Assembly: GCA_011109175.1 (NCBI GenBank)
Contig: RDEW01000008.1
Location: 629,954-693,953, forward strand
DNA: 64,000 nt
Direction: 5' to 3'
Origin: Dicyema japonicum
Taxonomy: Eukaryota; Animalia; Dicyemida
Under the pieces are notes generated by a model. The model did not search any database and had not been told where the DNA came from. It saw only the letters and a list, made by a program, of their open reading frames with translations. This document shows, piece after piece, positions 12,780-24,869 of this stretch. The number at the start of each line of letters is the position of its first letter. The stretch's first letter is position 1. A program made the translations under genes and the position numbers.

Positions 12780-14560
12780 CTACCCTGTATTTAAATGTCA
12801 AGAAAATCTTATGAGCAAACTCTCTTACGATCTAATTGGAAGCAGCGTTACTGCAAAACATCAAATCTCGATTCTTTGTCACACAGAATCTCATAATTTC
12901 GCAACATGGAATGTAAGAGGCTTAAACGAAGGGAAACTAGAAGTCGTAAAAAGAGAAGGCTTGACCTGCTTGGAGCAAGCGAACTTCACTGGATCGACAG
13001 TGGTTTTTTTAGTCCTGATGATTTCGTCATATATTATTCTGGTAACATTAATGCGAAGAGAAACAGAGTGGCCTTCATTGCTTCAAAGAAAATTGCACCT
13101 GCAATAGAAAGTCATAGAATATTTAATGATCGGATAATACTAATCCACGTCCGTTGACGACCATTGAATATTACGGTCATGCAAGTGTATTCCCCAACTT
13201 CTATTGCCAAGGATGACGAAATTGACCAATTTTATTATGAATTTCAAGAGGCACTAAAACTAATACCCAAAAAGGACATAATCTACATAATGGGGGATTT
13301 CAATTCAAAAGTTGGGTGTATGCCACATACAGATATTGTGGGAAGTTTTGGTTTGGGGAAAAGAAATGATGCTGGGGATCGACTGGTCCAATTCTGTCAG
13401 GAAAATGGATTTCAGATAACTAACACATGGTTCTAACAGTACAAACAACGATTATACACTTGGATGTCGCCAAACGAAATGTCTAGGAACTAGATTGATT
13501 ATTTTTTATGCGCCAAACGTTGGAAAAGCTCTATAACAGCCGTCAAAACATATCCAGGGGTAGACTGTGGAACAGACCATCAGCTACTTGTTGTAAAAAT
13601 TAGGACGAAATTCAGTAACACTTGGAATACCTATTCTGGAATGCTATTCCCTCTCTCCCCCGAGTAAAAAAATTCGATGTCTCAAACATACCACCAGAAT
13701 ACGCAATGGAAGTTAAGCACAATATTGGATTACTGGATTTGAACGGAAGGATGCCTGATGAATTATGGAATGATATGTAGTTGGTTATCAGGAACGCTGC
13801 AATAAAGCTGCTAAAGTCTCTGGGAATATAGACGAGATAAGAAAACTTAACTCTGAATTCAAAAAGGCAGCCAGGAAGGATAAAGAAGACTACTGGAGGT
13901 TACAAGGAAAAAATGGAAGATAAGAGAGGTCACACTAGGAATGCGTATTTACAACTAAAAAGATTACGAACCCCCTTTACGAAAATGATGGGCAAATTCA
14001 AGGACAAGGATGGTGTAGAATTGCTAAGCCAACAGAACATCCGAAATCATTGGAGAGAATATACGGAACGATTATATTCAGAAACTGTGTGCCCACCCAT
14101 ATGTGTTGATGAAGCAACGTTGGGTGAGGGGCATAAAATCCTTGAGGAGGAATGCGTGTGGGCTACACGGCAATTAACGGGGAACAAGGCACCGGGGATT
14201 GACAACATCTCAAGCGAATTGTTGAAGGCTATACCGGTGACAGCTATCACCAGTCTATGTCAAAAAATTTGGGAAACTGGTATTTGGCAACGTGAGTGGA
14301 AAAGATCTATATTTATTCCAATACCGAAAAAAAGGGATATCAAGGACTGTTCAAAGCCTTAATTTCCCGGGTCAGCAAAATACTTCTAAAGATAATACAA
14401 CATCGTCTAATGCCAAATGCCGAAATGATTCTACCGGATGTCCAAGCAGGATTCAGGAAGGGACGAGACACACGTAACCATATAGCAAATGTCCGGTGGA
14501 TTATGGAGAAAACCCATGAATCCCAAAAGAATGTATACATGTGCTTCATTGACTATTTTT
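12780..14560 (+). mobile_element. RTE-clade LINE (APE endonuclease plus RT start), degenerate
   Basis: TWNVRGLN, QVYSPT, MGDFNSKVG, KAPGID, WQREWKRSIFIPIPKK, QAGFRKGRDTRNHIANVRWIMEK, MCFIDY. Several stops and frameshifts. Confidence 0.9.
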
Positions 14561-14629
14561 ATCAATATTTTATAATCATTTAATTAAAAATTTGTATACT
14601 TTTATTAAGGAAAGAAAAGAGAGTAAACA

Positions 14630-14715
14630 GTTATATAGCGGCTTCGTGGCTATTCCTCTCAGGATAGAGAGCGAGATTCGCTCAAATAACCAGAAGCGCT
14701 CACGAGGGTGAATTG
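14630..14715 (-). mobile_element. CRE-like retrotransposon 3' fragment
   Basis: Minus strand reads WLFERISLSILRG, homologous to 32270-32330 and 53900-53950. Confidence 0.6.
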
Positions 14716-14879
14716 ATTAAAGAAATTTTAAGAATAACATTTATTAAAAAAAATAAAAGATTTTTTTATTATTAAAGATAAAATAGATTATAAGTTGTAT
14801 ATAATACAAAGTAGATATTTTGTGCAATAGAAGTACGTTATTTTGTGCAATAGAAGGACTTTTCTTTAGTTCTCACTAT

Positions 14880-15135
14880 CTTAATTAAATCTGACCTATT
14901 ACTGGCGATTATGTCTCGGTTCAGTACTGCACGTGCTGATCATCGAAATATTATAACGATGAGTAACTATCGCGGGAAGGGGCTCTTCTTTACAATGGCT
15001 TTTAGGACGTTCCATTTTCGAAGACCCTTTGTTAACACCTCCTCCGTGTGATTGGCAAATGTCATCAGGAAAGTTACTCCAAGGATCTTTTGGATTCGTG
15101 TATAAGAGATGTGAATGTTTCCGAGGAATATCTCA
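14880..15135 (-). mobile_element. LINE post-RT fragment
   Basis: Nucleotide homology to 51350-51560 (cacacggaggagg...gtcttcgaaaat...cgtcctaaaagcc). Confidence 0.7.
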
Positions 15136-15222
15136 AGTCCACCTTATTAAACTATGAATTAATTTATTACACTTTTAAATATAAATATAATAATTAATAT
15201 TTAAATATTTCACATTTGTAAT

Positions 15223-15781
15223 ATGGTTGGCCATTTATTTATTAAAGTCTTGCACGCTCCATACATCTTTGGGAGATTTAAAATTTGAGTTATTTTTGTG
15301 AGGAATGTCCCAGAACTTGTGAGGTACTCTTGTAATAATACTAGAACTTTTTGAGCCTCTGCGCGTCCGATTACTACGACCACTGCATATTTCATCGCAA
15401 TATTAAGGGATTCATAGTCCAGGGAGGTGACCCATCAGGGAGTGGTAATGGTGGACAGAGCATATGGGGATGTCCCTTTGAAGACGAATTTAAACGAACT
15501 CTAAAAGTATTATTAGTGTTGATTATTAGCACAATTCTCGTGGTATTCTGTCTATGGCTAATAGTGGACCAAATTCAAACAAATCTCAATTTTTTATAAC
15601 ATATGGGAAGCATAGTTCTTTGGATATGAAATATAGTGTGTTTGGTAAATTAATTGATGGATTTGACGTTCTCAATCAAATGGAACATGTTGAGGTTGAT
15701 GATAAATACACACCTTTGGATAATATTTCATTAATATCTGTTACTATACATGCTAATCCTATTGCTAATTGGGATGATTAA
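15223..15781 (+). CDS. PPIL3: Peptidyl-prolyl cis-trans isomerase-like 3 (cyclophilin)
   Basis: M|[10 protein letters not shown]...CE|[32 protein letters not shown]...LK|[27 protein letters not shown]...TIHANPIA. Introns 15226-15247, 15324-15344 and 15507-15529. One extra T in a homopolymer near 15292-15296. Confidence 0.95.
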
Positions 15782-15900
15782 CTATTTGTTCACTCCTTTT
15801 AAATATAATTTTGTAGCTTTTCCATATACTCTAATAGTAATCTCAATGTTGTGTTTATCTTTTAGGATATCAACCAGGCACTCTAGGACAGACCAAATGC

Positions 15901-18900
15901 CATAATAATAACACCAGAGACCGCGTTGCACAAACTAACTAATCACGTGATCCCTGAACACTCTAGCAAGGAACTCATCTTGGCCGATGCTCCACCCTCG
16001 ACTTTACACGAGCACGAATCGGTTGAGTGATGGGACTTTGCTGTCACGACGGTGCGTTCCATGGTTCATTCGCATCAAGGCTTCAAGTGGCAGTGGTGTC
16101 TGGAACTCTCCAGAAATCCAGCGTTCCGTGTTTTTGGAGGCTTTTGTCCGGCTAGTTTCGATCTTCAAGACACAGGCATACACAGACTGTGTAGGCACTC
16201 GACAAGGTAAGAATGATCAACTGAATCGTAAGCCTTCTTCACATCCACCCACATAGACAAAAGTGAGTTTCCGTGAGACACAGAAAGGCATTTGTTGATC
16301 AAAGCCTGCTCTTTTGCCCCCTGACAATTTCGCACAGTTCCCAACTGATTCTCGGAGAGAATCCCATTTGCGTCTACAAAGCTCCTGACCTCATTAGCCA
16401 CCAATTTGGTCAGCTTATACAGGGTTGGCATGCAGGTTATCGGTCGATAATCTGCAGCAGACTGGGGGTTGTCCAGCTTTGGGATCAAATAAGTTGTCCC
16501 TGTGCATGCCCAATCAGGAATCGTTTCCGGGTTAGTGATGCTTTTCTGTAATACACGACACATAGACTCGTGTAATGAAGTGCATCTTTTGATAAAGAAA
16601 TTATAAACTTTATCGACCCCGGTCGTCTTCCAATCAGGGAGATGTCTCACTACCGCCTCAAATTTCTTGCGAAAATCGAAAATTCCGCAAGATTCCGCCA
16701 AGAAAGGAGCGGCGCTGTACGGGACATTCCACGCATTTCCTCTGCGTGGTTTAGCCTCCCACATACTACCCCATGTGGAAAGCATTTCCGCGTCCTGCTG
16801 GGAACATACACTATGGCCATTTTCGTGTAGGCGACGGTAAAACAATCTGCGATTAAACTCAAACAGATTATTTTCTCTCCTTCTCTTACACCGACTTTCA
16901 TGTGTATAGAGTTTCCTCTTATACACCATTATTGCCCCCTCTAACTCCACCTTTGCCCTCCTCAACTCTTTGAGGTCCCATTTGGGAACACGGAGTTTAC
17001 TAATTAGCCCCTTTACTATAGCCGGTGCTTTTCCTCTAACCCCTCTCGCCACACTACTTATGTGCCCCTCCAGTGCTTCCAGCTCAGTCTGTCTCCAAGC
17101 AATCTTGGCACAGATCTGCTCCCTCCATTTACTGGGTGGTCTGGGCTTGTCCGTCAATTCCTCATAGGTGATCTGTGCTGCATACAGCACTAGGGAGATG
17201 TCACCCAATGACCCTACTGGCTTAGCCTCCACCGCATAAGCCACAGCCTTATTGATGCAGGTTAACACTCCACCGTTAACCTTACAATGAGGAATCTTGC
17301 GGGTAAATCTACGGTCCTCAAGTGGGACATCTGCCGCTGCAGCGAGATTCCGCGCAAAGACCTCATAAACATGCTTGAGCTGCAACGTATCACAGCTCTG
17401 GTGCTCGTGCTCTCTTTGACAGTTGTGGTCACCTGGTCCCCGCCCCTTTAGACCAGTACCCTCTTTGCCTACAGCCATCTTCTTGAGTTCACTCACAGAT
17501 ATAGCAGTACTGAATCTGCCACTGCAGAGCTCCGCCAAGTATGGCCATCCATTCCAGGGCATTCGAGATAGCCTGCTACGTACCTGCAGGACTACCTGCC
17601 TCGCCCATTCTTTTGGGTCATCTGCCACAACGCTCTCGGATATGGCAAGAATTACATTCATACCATCAGGTAACGCAAGTGACCCTTCTCCTTTTTTCCT
17701 TTCAACATTTTTGCCAACTCGAGAGAGTTTTAACGCCACCGAATCGAACGCACGTTGCATGTTATTTATTTAAATCGTTAAATAAAGTGGGGTGTTAGTG
17801 CTCAAAACAGAATGCTTTTCGATCGTTTATAAGCCTGTGACGCAATTCAGAACATTAGTTTTCTTTTCGCATTTCGTAATTACGTTTTCAACATGGGGTG
17901 AGAATTACATGTTCATGTCAAAAGTCACTCCAAGGATCCTTTTAGAATTTCTGAAAGAAATAGCTTCATTGTTTGCGTTTAGTTCGACCGTCTACCCAGT
18001 CTCTTGTCTAAAGTAAATAGGGTAGTGATGGACTTTTCACTGCTGGCAGTTAGGCGATTCTTCGATAGCCATTCGTCAAGACGGTCCAGGTTTTCTTGCA
18101 ATTTCGAAGTGGCAATTTGGATGTCTTGATCGCGTGATGCAATGACGATGTCGTCGGCATAAGTTAGAATAATAACATTTTCGGAGTATGGGGTTGGGAG
18201 GTCCGCCATGAAACTGGAGGCAAAAAGGATCCTTGGGGAACCCCACTAGGGACAAGCCGTGAAATAGACTTTGACTGGCCAATGCAGACACGTCCCCTCC
18301 GACCACTAAGAAAGTTAGCTAGACAGAGTTTGAGCTTTCAAGGGATCTTTGTTTAGTAAATTTTCCAAGTAAGAATTTTCCTTTACACAGAGTCGAAAGC
18401 TTTGTGGACGTCTATGGAGCAAAGTGTAGTCTTCATGTGTCCCGGCCTGTCCGAGAAACCATATAAAGTTAGCCAATGCAGAAAAGTGGGTCGAATTATA
18501 CCTCTCCTTTTTAAAACCATGTTGAAATGACAATCCGGGAAAAAATTTTTGATTTTTGCACGAACCAGCCTTCCAGAATTTTCGATATCGATCACAATTC
18601 CTTTTTCGATTTACTGAGATATATCGAGGGTATATTCGACTTCTTATGGTCTTTATGGAATATTTTCACATAATATTTTATTAGGTTATTTAAGTCCTTT
18701 TGGTTATAATCAACTTCGGATGATCTTTCATCCTTTCTTGAGGCCTCTTAAATGATCTTCCAGATTTCAGCAGTGGGTCAATTTCTATTCAATGAAGAGA
18801 GTACATGTTTCCATCTCGATTTTTGTGCTTTTACCTCACTGTTTTAATTCATTTTTCAAAACCTTCAGTCTAAGCTTATCCTCAGTGGTTAATCGGTTAG

Positions 18901-19957
18901 ACTTTTTGAGTTCGTTTCTTTCCTTCATTAATGCCGACCTGCCATGTCCCCTGGCGTAGTTAAGGTGGTGTTTAGGTACAGATAGTGATCTCACATCCAA
19001 GATGTTTACATAAGCGACTACTTTGTCTATGAAAGTAATGTCATCCAGATACTGCAGTAGTTATCAGTAAGCGTACGGTAAAATCTCCAGTTTGCGCGTT
19101 GTAGTTGAATTGTTCTAGGGATCTCCTCCTAGTTAACTTTTCTCTCTTGATCTTCAAAAGGATAGCATTGTGGTCGCTTCTTGAATTGTAATTGACTGAC
19201 CAGGTCGATATTGCCGCTAGTCCGGAGAGCAAAGCGTGATGTCTGGAAAAGTTAGTTGGTCTGACTCCCTGAAGGGGTTCTCGTATGTTTTGACGGATCA
19301 TTCATGACCGTTAATGGTCCTGTCTTCGATAGTAGTTCTTTTCCTCTTGAATCGGACGGTTGGCTTGCCAGCCATAGAGGGTGTTTGTCGTTGATATCCC
19401 CACCAATGATCATGTCGTTCAAAGAAGCGATAATTGGGCATAGTGTCGGGAAAAATGTTCACAAAGGTAATTTTTTCTATTTGTTGTTCCAAGTGAGACT
19501 GCATTGACTTTAGTAACATTGTCGTCTCCCAAGATATTCTTCGCCACTGAAGTCATGTCCACACATTTAAGGTCTTTCCGATATAAAATGAGAAGGCCAC
19601 TACCCAGCTTCTTCTTTCGGTCAGTCCGTATTGACTTGTATCCAGGAACATCGAGGTATGACTGTTTACAGTCAGTTTCGTCTCTTGAATCAAAGCCACG
19701 TCGATCTTCAGATCCGCCAGGGGAGAGCGCAGTTCCAATATTTTGCCACTTAGTCCGTTGACATTTATTTGTAGAACCGTGGTCCGTTTTTTGCAGTGGG
19801 CTGGGAGTTCCTTCCGGATAGATGAGACTGAAAGCGCGTGCTGCCGGGGACACAGTTTCTGCGGAGGTAAATGTTTAATGGTTCTTTTTGGATGAACATT
19901 AGGTGCCTTCTGTACGTTACCAATACTTACAGAATTAATAACCACATAACGCCACAC
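15901..19957 (-). mobile_element. APE-RT LINE 'family X', copy 1 (interrupted by an R4-like element)
   Basis: VLQINVNGL, QETKL, GGDIN, SDHNAI, IDVHKAFDSV, YADDI, then a 3' part ending LLECSGIT* and (TTA)n. Homologous to 42625-46320. Confidence 0.88.
16195..17790 (-). mobile_element. R4/Dong-like non-LTR retrotransposon, 5' half (531-aa ORF)
   Basis: DYRPITCMPTLYK, NQLGTVRNCQGAKEQALIN, WVDVKKAYDSVDH. RT is cut after domain 3. Confidence 0.85.
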
Positions 19958-19959
19958 TA

Positions 19960-20060
19960 AAATTATTTATTTAGAACCAAGAATCACCGAAACAAAGGAG
20001 AGTATGGGCCGTCAGGTGATCCCGGCCTCCTTGAGAAGCCGCTTAAACTAACTAATGAAG
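19960..20060 (-). mobile_element. LINE 3' end (LLKEAGIT*) with TAAA tail
   Basis: GGG ATC ACC TGA, then GGTGATTCTTGG and taaataaataa. Confidence 0.75.
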
Positions 20061-20123
20061 CCAAGTAAAAAATGAAAGTTGAAATGATAGCAATTAATAA
20101 AATTTCTTATTAAAATATTAAAA

Positions 20124-22329
20124 TGTCACCGTCCGTACGTGGAACTCCACAATAACCAATCAAAGTGAAAATTAGTTATCTGGATAATTCAGAATTTTCT
20201 GAGTTGAATGGTGTAATTTTTAGTTTAAATCGTTAATATTTAAAAACATAAAGTACCAAAAAAATCAGTCAATATGAATATAATGTCATTTTAATTTTTT
20301 TATTCTTAATTAACAAAAAACGTTTTTAATATTTAAAAAAATTGTTTATTTCTGCACATGGTTTTAAGCTTCAAGTTGAGGTTACTTAACTAACTAACAT
20401 GGATGAGTCGAGTCAGATAATAGAATATCTAGAAAATGGATATCTTGATGCGTCGCTTTCAAGAAATATTAAACAGCGCATTTGGACACTTGCCCCATTA
20501 CTAGTTTTCGAGGACGATGTAGTCTATCATAGAGTAATTCGATTATAATAGGATTAGGGCAACAATTTATTTCAGCTATTTTTTTGTGAGGAAGAAGCAA
20601 AACTGAAACAACATTTGATAATAGTATTTTTGCCTGTTAATCATGAACACAATTTTGTACATATGGGGAGAGATCGTTTATTTAGTTTGCCAAGAAAAAA
20701 ATCTACAATTTAACTCGTGTAGAAGTTGCAGATGTAGTAAAAAATGTGTCTATTGTCAGACCAAAAGACCTACTGAGACTAGGTCTCCAATTACTGCTAT
20801 CATTATGAAATATCCGCGTGATAGGTATATTGCTGATTTGATAGATCTGAGAAGATATTCCAGTTTGAATAACGGATATTCTTGGGTAATATTTCTTTAG
20901 TTTACATTTAGATTTTTTAATGGTTGATTCTTTTTCGAAGTTTGCTATGGTAGATATGGCTAAATCTAAAACAGCTGAAGAACTATCTCAGATTTTCCAG
21001 AAATTTTGTTATACCCATGGACCACCTATTATACTTTAAACAGACAATGGTTTGGAGTTCAGAAACTCTTTTCTCAGAGAAATTTGTAACAGGCTAAATG
21101 CTAAACATATTTTTGGACGACCAAGAGCACCGTGGGTTCAAGGCCAAATAGAGAGGTATCATTTATATGATAATGTATAGGTTAAATCAATTTCTTAAAA
21201 TGGTTATCATCCGTTTATTCTACTGATGGAACTCTGGGAAAATATCAATCCAGTCTGGGAGATATTGTATTCAGCTACAATATTACAAATCACGAGACCA
21301 CCAAACATGCTCCTTTAAGATATTTAATGGTGTGGATATCCGTCAGAAATATCTGATGAACGCTTAAATAGATTACTACAGTATGAAGAAGATAAAGACC
21401 TATCTTTGTCACGGGATTCTGCACGAAGGCATACTTTGGTAGCTGAAAAAAATGCGAAAGAAAAGAAGATGGAAAAATGATGAAGAATCGTTGAATGTAG
21501 GAGACAGAGTCATTTTACGAATGGACTGTGACTACAATCAAACAACGAAAAAAAGGTCAATTATATGAGCACTTGGACACTACAGTTTATCTAGTAGTGG
21601 ATATACAAGGAACTATGGTCCACATAGATGGTGGCAACTCGGAAATAATGATAGTCCACCATAGCCGAGTTAGAAGATTATTTTAAATGACTTTCCATTC
21701 AAGAAATTTTTTTTTACTTTTTTTGTGGAGATTAGATTAAGTTGTTGATTAGGAATGAGATAAGGTATTGATTAGAGTTGATACTATGTATTGATTATGT
21801 TTTATGCTGACTTAGCGCTATTTTTAGGAAAGGGATTTGAATTTGCCAAAGTTAAAATTAGACATGGTTAAGGGATAGGTTTTATGATATTTTTAGGTTT
21901 AAGGATAAAAATTACGGATTAAAGTTAGGGTTTATATTATGGGTTATAGATTAGGGTTAGGGATTAGGATTATAGATTAGGGTTAGGGTCAGTGTTAGAG
22001 ATTAGGGATAGGGTTTAGGTTTTATGTTTTAGTAGGAGTTTTAACGGTATGGAACTAATTTTAGTTAGTAAGGGAAATAGCTAAAAAAGAATAATTCTTT
22101 AATATTAAAAGTTAATTTTCGCTTAGTTTTTTCATTTTAATGTTTAATAACATTTCCTACATTAATTGTATTCAATTGTTTTTGGTTGTTCTAATATTAT
22201 ATTTTCAATAAATAATTAATGCCATACATCCAATGGATTTGAAAAAAATTGTATGTTTAACTAAATGAAACAACTAGAGTCATGATAAATGTATAAAAAT
22301 GCAAAAGAAATCGATAAAGTTCCACGTAC
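20124..22329 (+). mobile_element. Ginger-like DNA transposon (rve DDE integrase, KRBA2/SCAND3-like) with mini-introns
   Basis: ATG at 20399. H..HMGRD...CVYC zinc domain, RDRYIADLIDL, VDSFSKF, TDNGLEF, GRPRAPWVQGQIER. Introns 20886-20911 and 21156-21180. Starts TGT. A 12-bp inverted repeat lies at 20135-20146 and 22318-22329. Confidence 0.8.
21865..22030 (+). repeat. Degenerate TTAGGG telomere-like tract
   Basis: Several TTAGGG, TAGGG and TTAGG units. The unit TTATAGATTAGGGTTAGGG is duplicated at 21944-21962 and 21970-21988. Confidence 0.8.
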
Positions 22330-22564
22330 TAAAGTATATAATAAATAATATCTATACGAATGGATAACAAAGACTTTCAGGACGAGGGAACAAGAAACCT
22401 GGATTGTTCAGAACCGAAATTTGTGGATGATTTAGAGTGTGTTGGAGAACTCCAAACACTAAATTGCTCGAAGAAAAGGCGTATTTGGTAAAAATGAAAT
22501 ATTTCTAACTAAATTATGAATATTAATTTTGTAAATAAATCAGTAATTATTTAAATATTAAATG

Positions 22565-23560
22565 AAAGCATGCAATAATAAACAAGTGATAGGTTAATAT
22601 TAGTAGTGACAAAAGATTACATTTATTTGTATTCTAATTATTATAATAATTCTGTGTGGATTTTGGGTAATTTAAGTATTATAATTATAATTATTGTAGA
22701 CAATCCTCACCTCTGTGAACATTTTCTACAATCTAGTCCTGTTGTGTGTGTTGATAACTCCATGGAGTCATTTCAAGAATTCAAAGTAATAATATTTTAT
22801 TACTAGTCACTTCAACAACTGTACCCAAAAGCATTCAACTTTATATACACTCAAAACTATAATTTTGATTTTTGGAAAAAGTACAGCATATTTGATAATC
22901 TCTGTGGTTATAGCAATGGTATTGGTCTTTATTATGGCAGATATTGAAAATATTAATTTTGTCCTTGATTGTCGTGATATCAGGTTTGGTGCACGATTGA
23001 GTTCAATGCTAACTCTAATCGTATTATTCAACAGTAACCGACTCGAGAATATTCGTGTTAATTTCCACATTACTGCAAAAACAAAGGATGTAAACGTATT
23101 TTATGTTTTATTGTCAGATTCTCATTAAAAACAATTTCATTGACCAAAACATAAAAGTAAATAGTAATGTTCTGTTCTCTTGTTTGTTTGAACTAATTTC
23201 CTCAATCCAAATTGATTATAAATTCACAAATATTTGTCATATTCAGACCACTGACATATTTAGGAGATATTCTAAAAGAGAACTTTTAATAGCTTGTGAG
23301 ATATGTAGATATATTCTCACATTCTCTTCTAAACGACTATTTATTGAAAGGATGGAGTTTGCTTTTTTGTTATCTTTGGTCTCTCATCCCTGGGTGTACC
23401 CCCATCCTCATAAACATGGGTTGTAGTCCTATGAAGAAAACTGAATCGTTTAAATTATCTGATTTAATTGACATCATCATTGTATTCACTTTTTATATTC
23501 TTAGATTCTTCAGCGATCAAAGCTCTTTAAGAATTCCATTCTTAGATATTGCATTATGAA
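22565..23560 (+). CDS. Hypothetical multi-exon protein, possibly membrane-associated
   Basis: ORFs 22865-23128 and 23103-23426 join through a 22-nt GT-AG intron (gtattttatgttttattgtcag). Hydrophobic stretches are present. The 5' structure is ambiguous. Confidence 0.35.
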
Positions 23561-24317
23561 TTATATTACTCCAATTATGTTTATGTAATTACTCTTGGTT
23601 TTGTGTTAGATTCATTTGTATATTATCACAACATCCACTTGGTTTTGTAAATTATGAGTGATAATTGGCAATCCTGGACTTAAAGTGGGGGATATAATGG
23701 TTGCATACTAAATATTACTAGATTAGGGAACAAAGTGTTTTTGAAATTAATAAAGACTATAGGAAATTGGCAAATTTGTTTATAGAAAATAATGTTTTTT
23801 ATTGATAATATTCAGATGAAACACAATCTGAATGATTGTTTAAATGAACACAATCCTTTCAACTACTGTGTTGAAAGGGATCTTCCTACCTCTCCAAACG
23901 GACTCGTCGCCTTACGGGCGGATCTGTTTGACAAAAACTGACAATCCTTTGAGCAGGCCGCATGTCTGTTTGCAAGAAATTTAGGGAGACATGGAATATT
24001 CTTAACTTTTCCCCAAACCTTGAAATTGATGAGACATGAATTTAACTTGGGAAATGATTTTCCAGATATGTCAATTTTAAAGTCTTAAAATTTTAGTATA
24101 AAATCGAAGCTCTTTCCCATCAAGTCAAAGACTGCATTATTAATTCATTTTTGTTGAAATCAAAATTGAGGAATTCTTTAACAATGTTCACAGCAGGAAC
24201 TCAATTATTTAAAAACAAACCATGGTGTAACTTTATTCCAACTTAAGGACTAAATATCCTCTCTAAAAGTTAATATTATTACAGACAATTTATGCCAAAT
24301 TACCACATCTTGCATAT

Positions 24318-24380
24318 TATTTATTTTTATTTAAAACCAAGAATCACCGACAAAATAAAAAGGGAATGGGTGGCTTGGAT
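24318..24380 (-). mobile_element. LINE 3' terminus with A-rich tail
   Basis: 3' arm GGTGATTCTTGGTT is identical to the copy at 19975-19988, followed by taaataaaaataaataa. Confidence 0.6.
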
Positions 24381-24869
24381 TTTTATGGAAATTTAAAGGT
24401 TTAAAACGGGTTCGCGTTTCCATCAAAAGTTCCTAGAAAATAGTTGGTATTAGTGGCTAAAAGGAGAACCTTTGTAGGGCCTCGTGACTGTTTCTTGGAA
24501 TACATTTATTATGTTCGTATACGATAGGTTATGCCGCACAATAATAGCAATTGTATTTATTGCATATAAAGGTAGCTTAATGTTGAGTTGAAACAGCCTT
24601 TGTAGTATCCAAGAACAAAATTTAGTTTTCATTGGGAGAAGGAAATGACATTACTGACATGTTTGCTGAAAGTCATAAGGGGTTGTATGTGATTCCCAGT
24701 ATTTTGATAGAGTTAGCGGAGGGTATTGACATTACATTAAGTGAACAGAAAGGTGCCTAGTTTGTTAGTTTTTTGTTTGAAGTAAAAACTATTGTGCTAG
24801 ACTTTTCAGAATATTTTTGTAATAGGTTCATCATAAGCCAACAGGTTTTTCAGTAAATCTTTTAAGAGG

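Noticed and set aside
15901-17790. Apparent template-switch chimera of an R4-like 5' half and a LINE 3' end
   Set aside because: Copy 2 (42625-43075) shows that this 3' end is continuous with family X, so the R4-like piece is a nested insertion that lost its 3' half.
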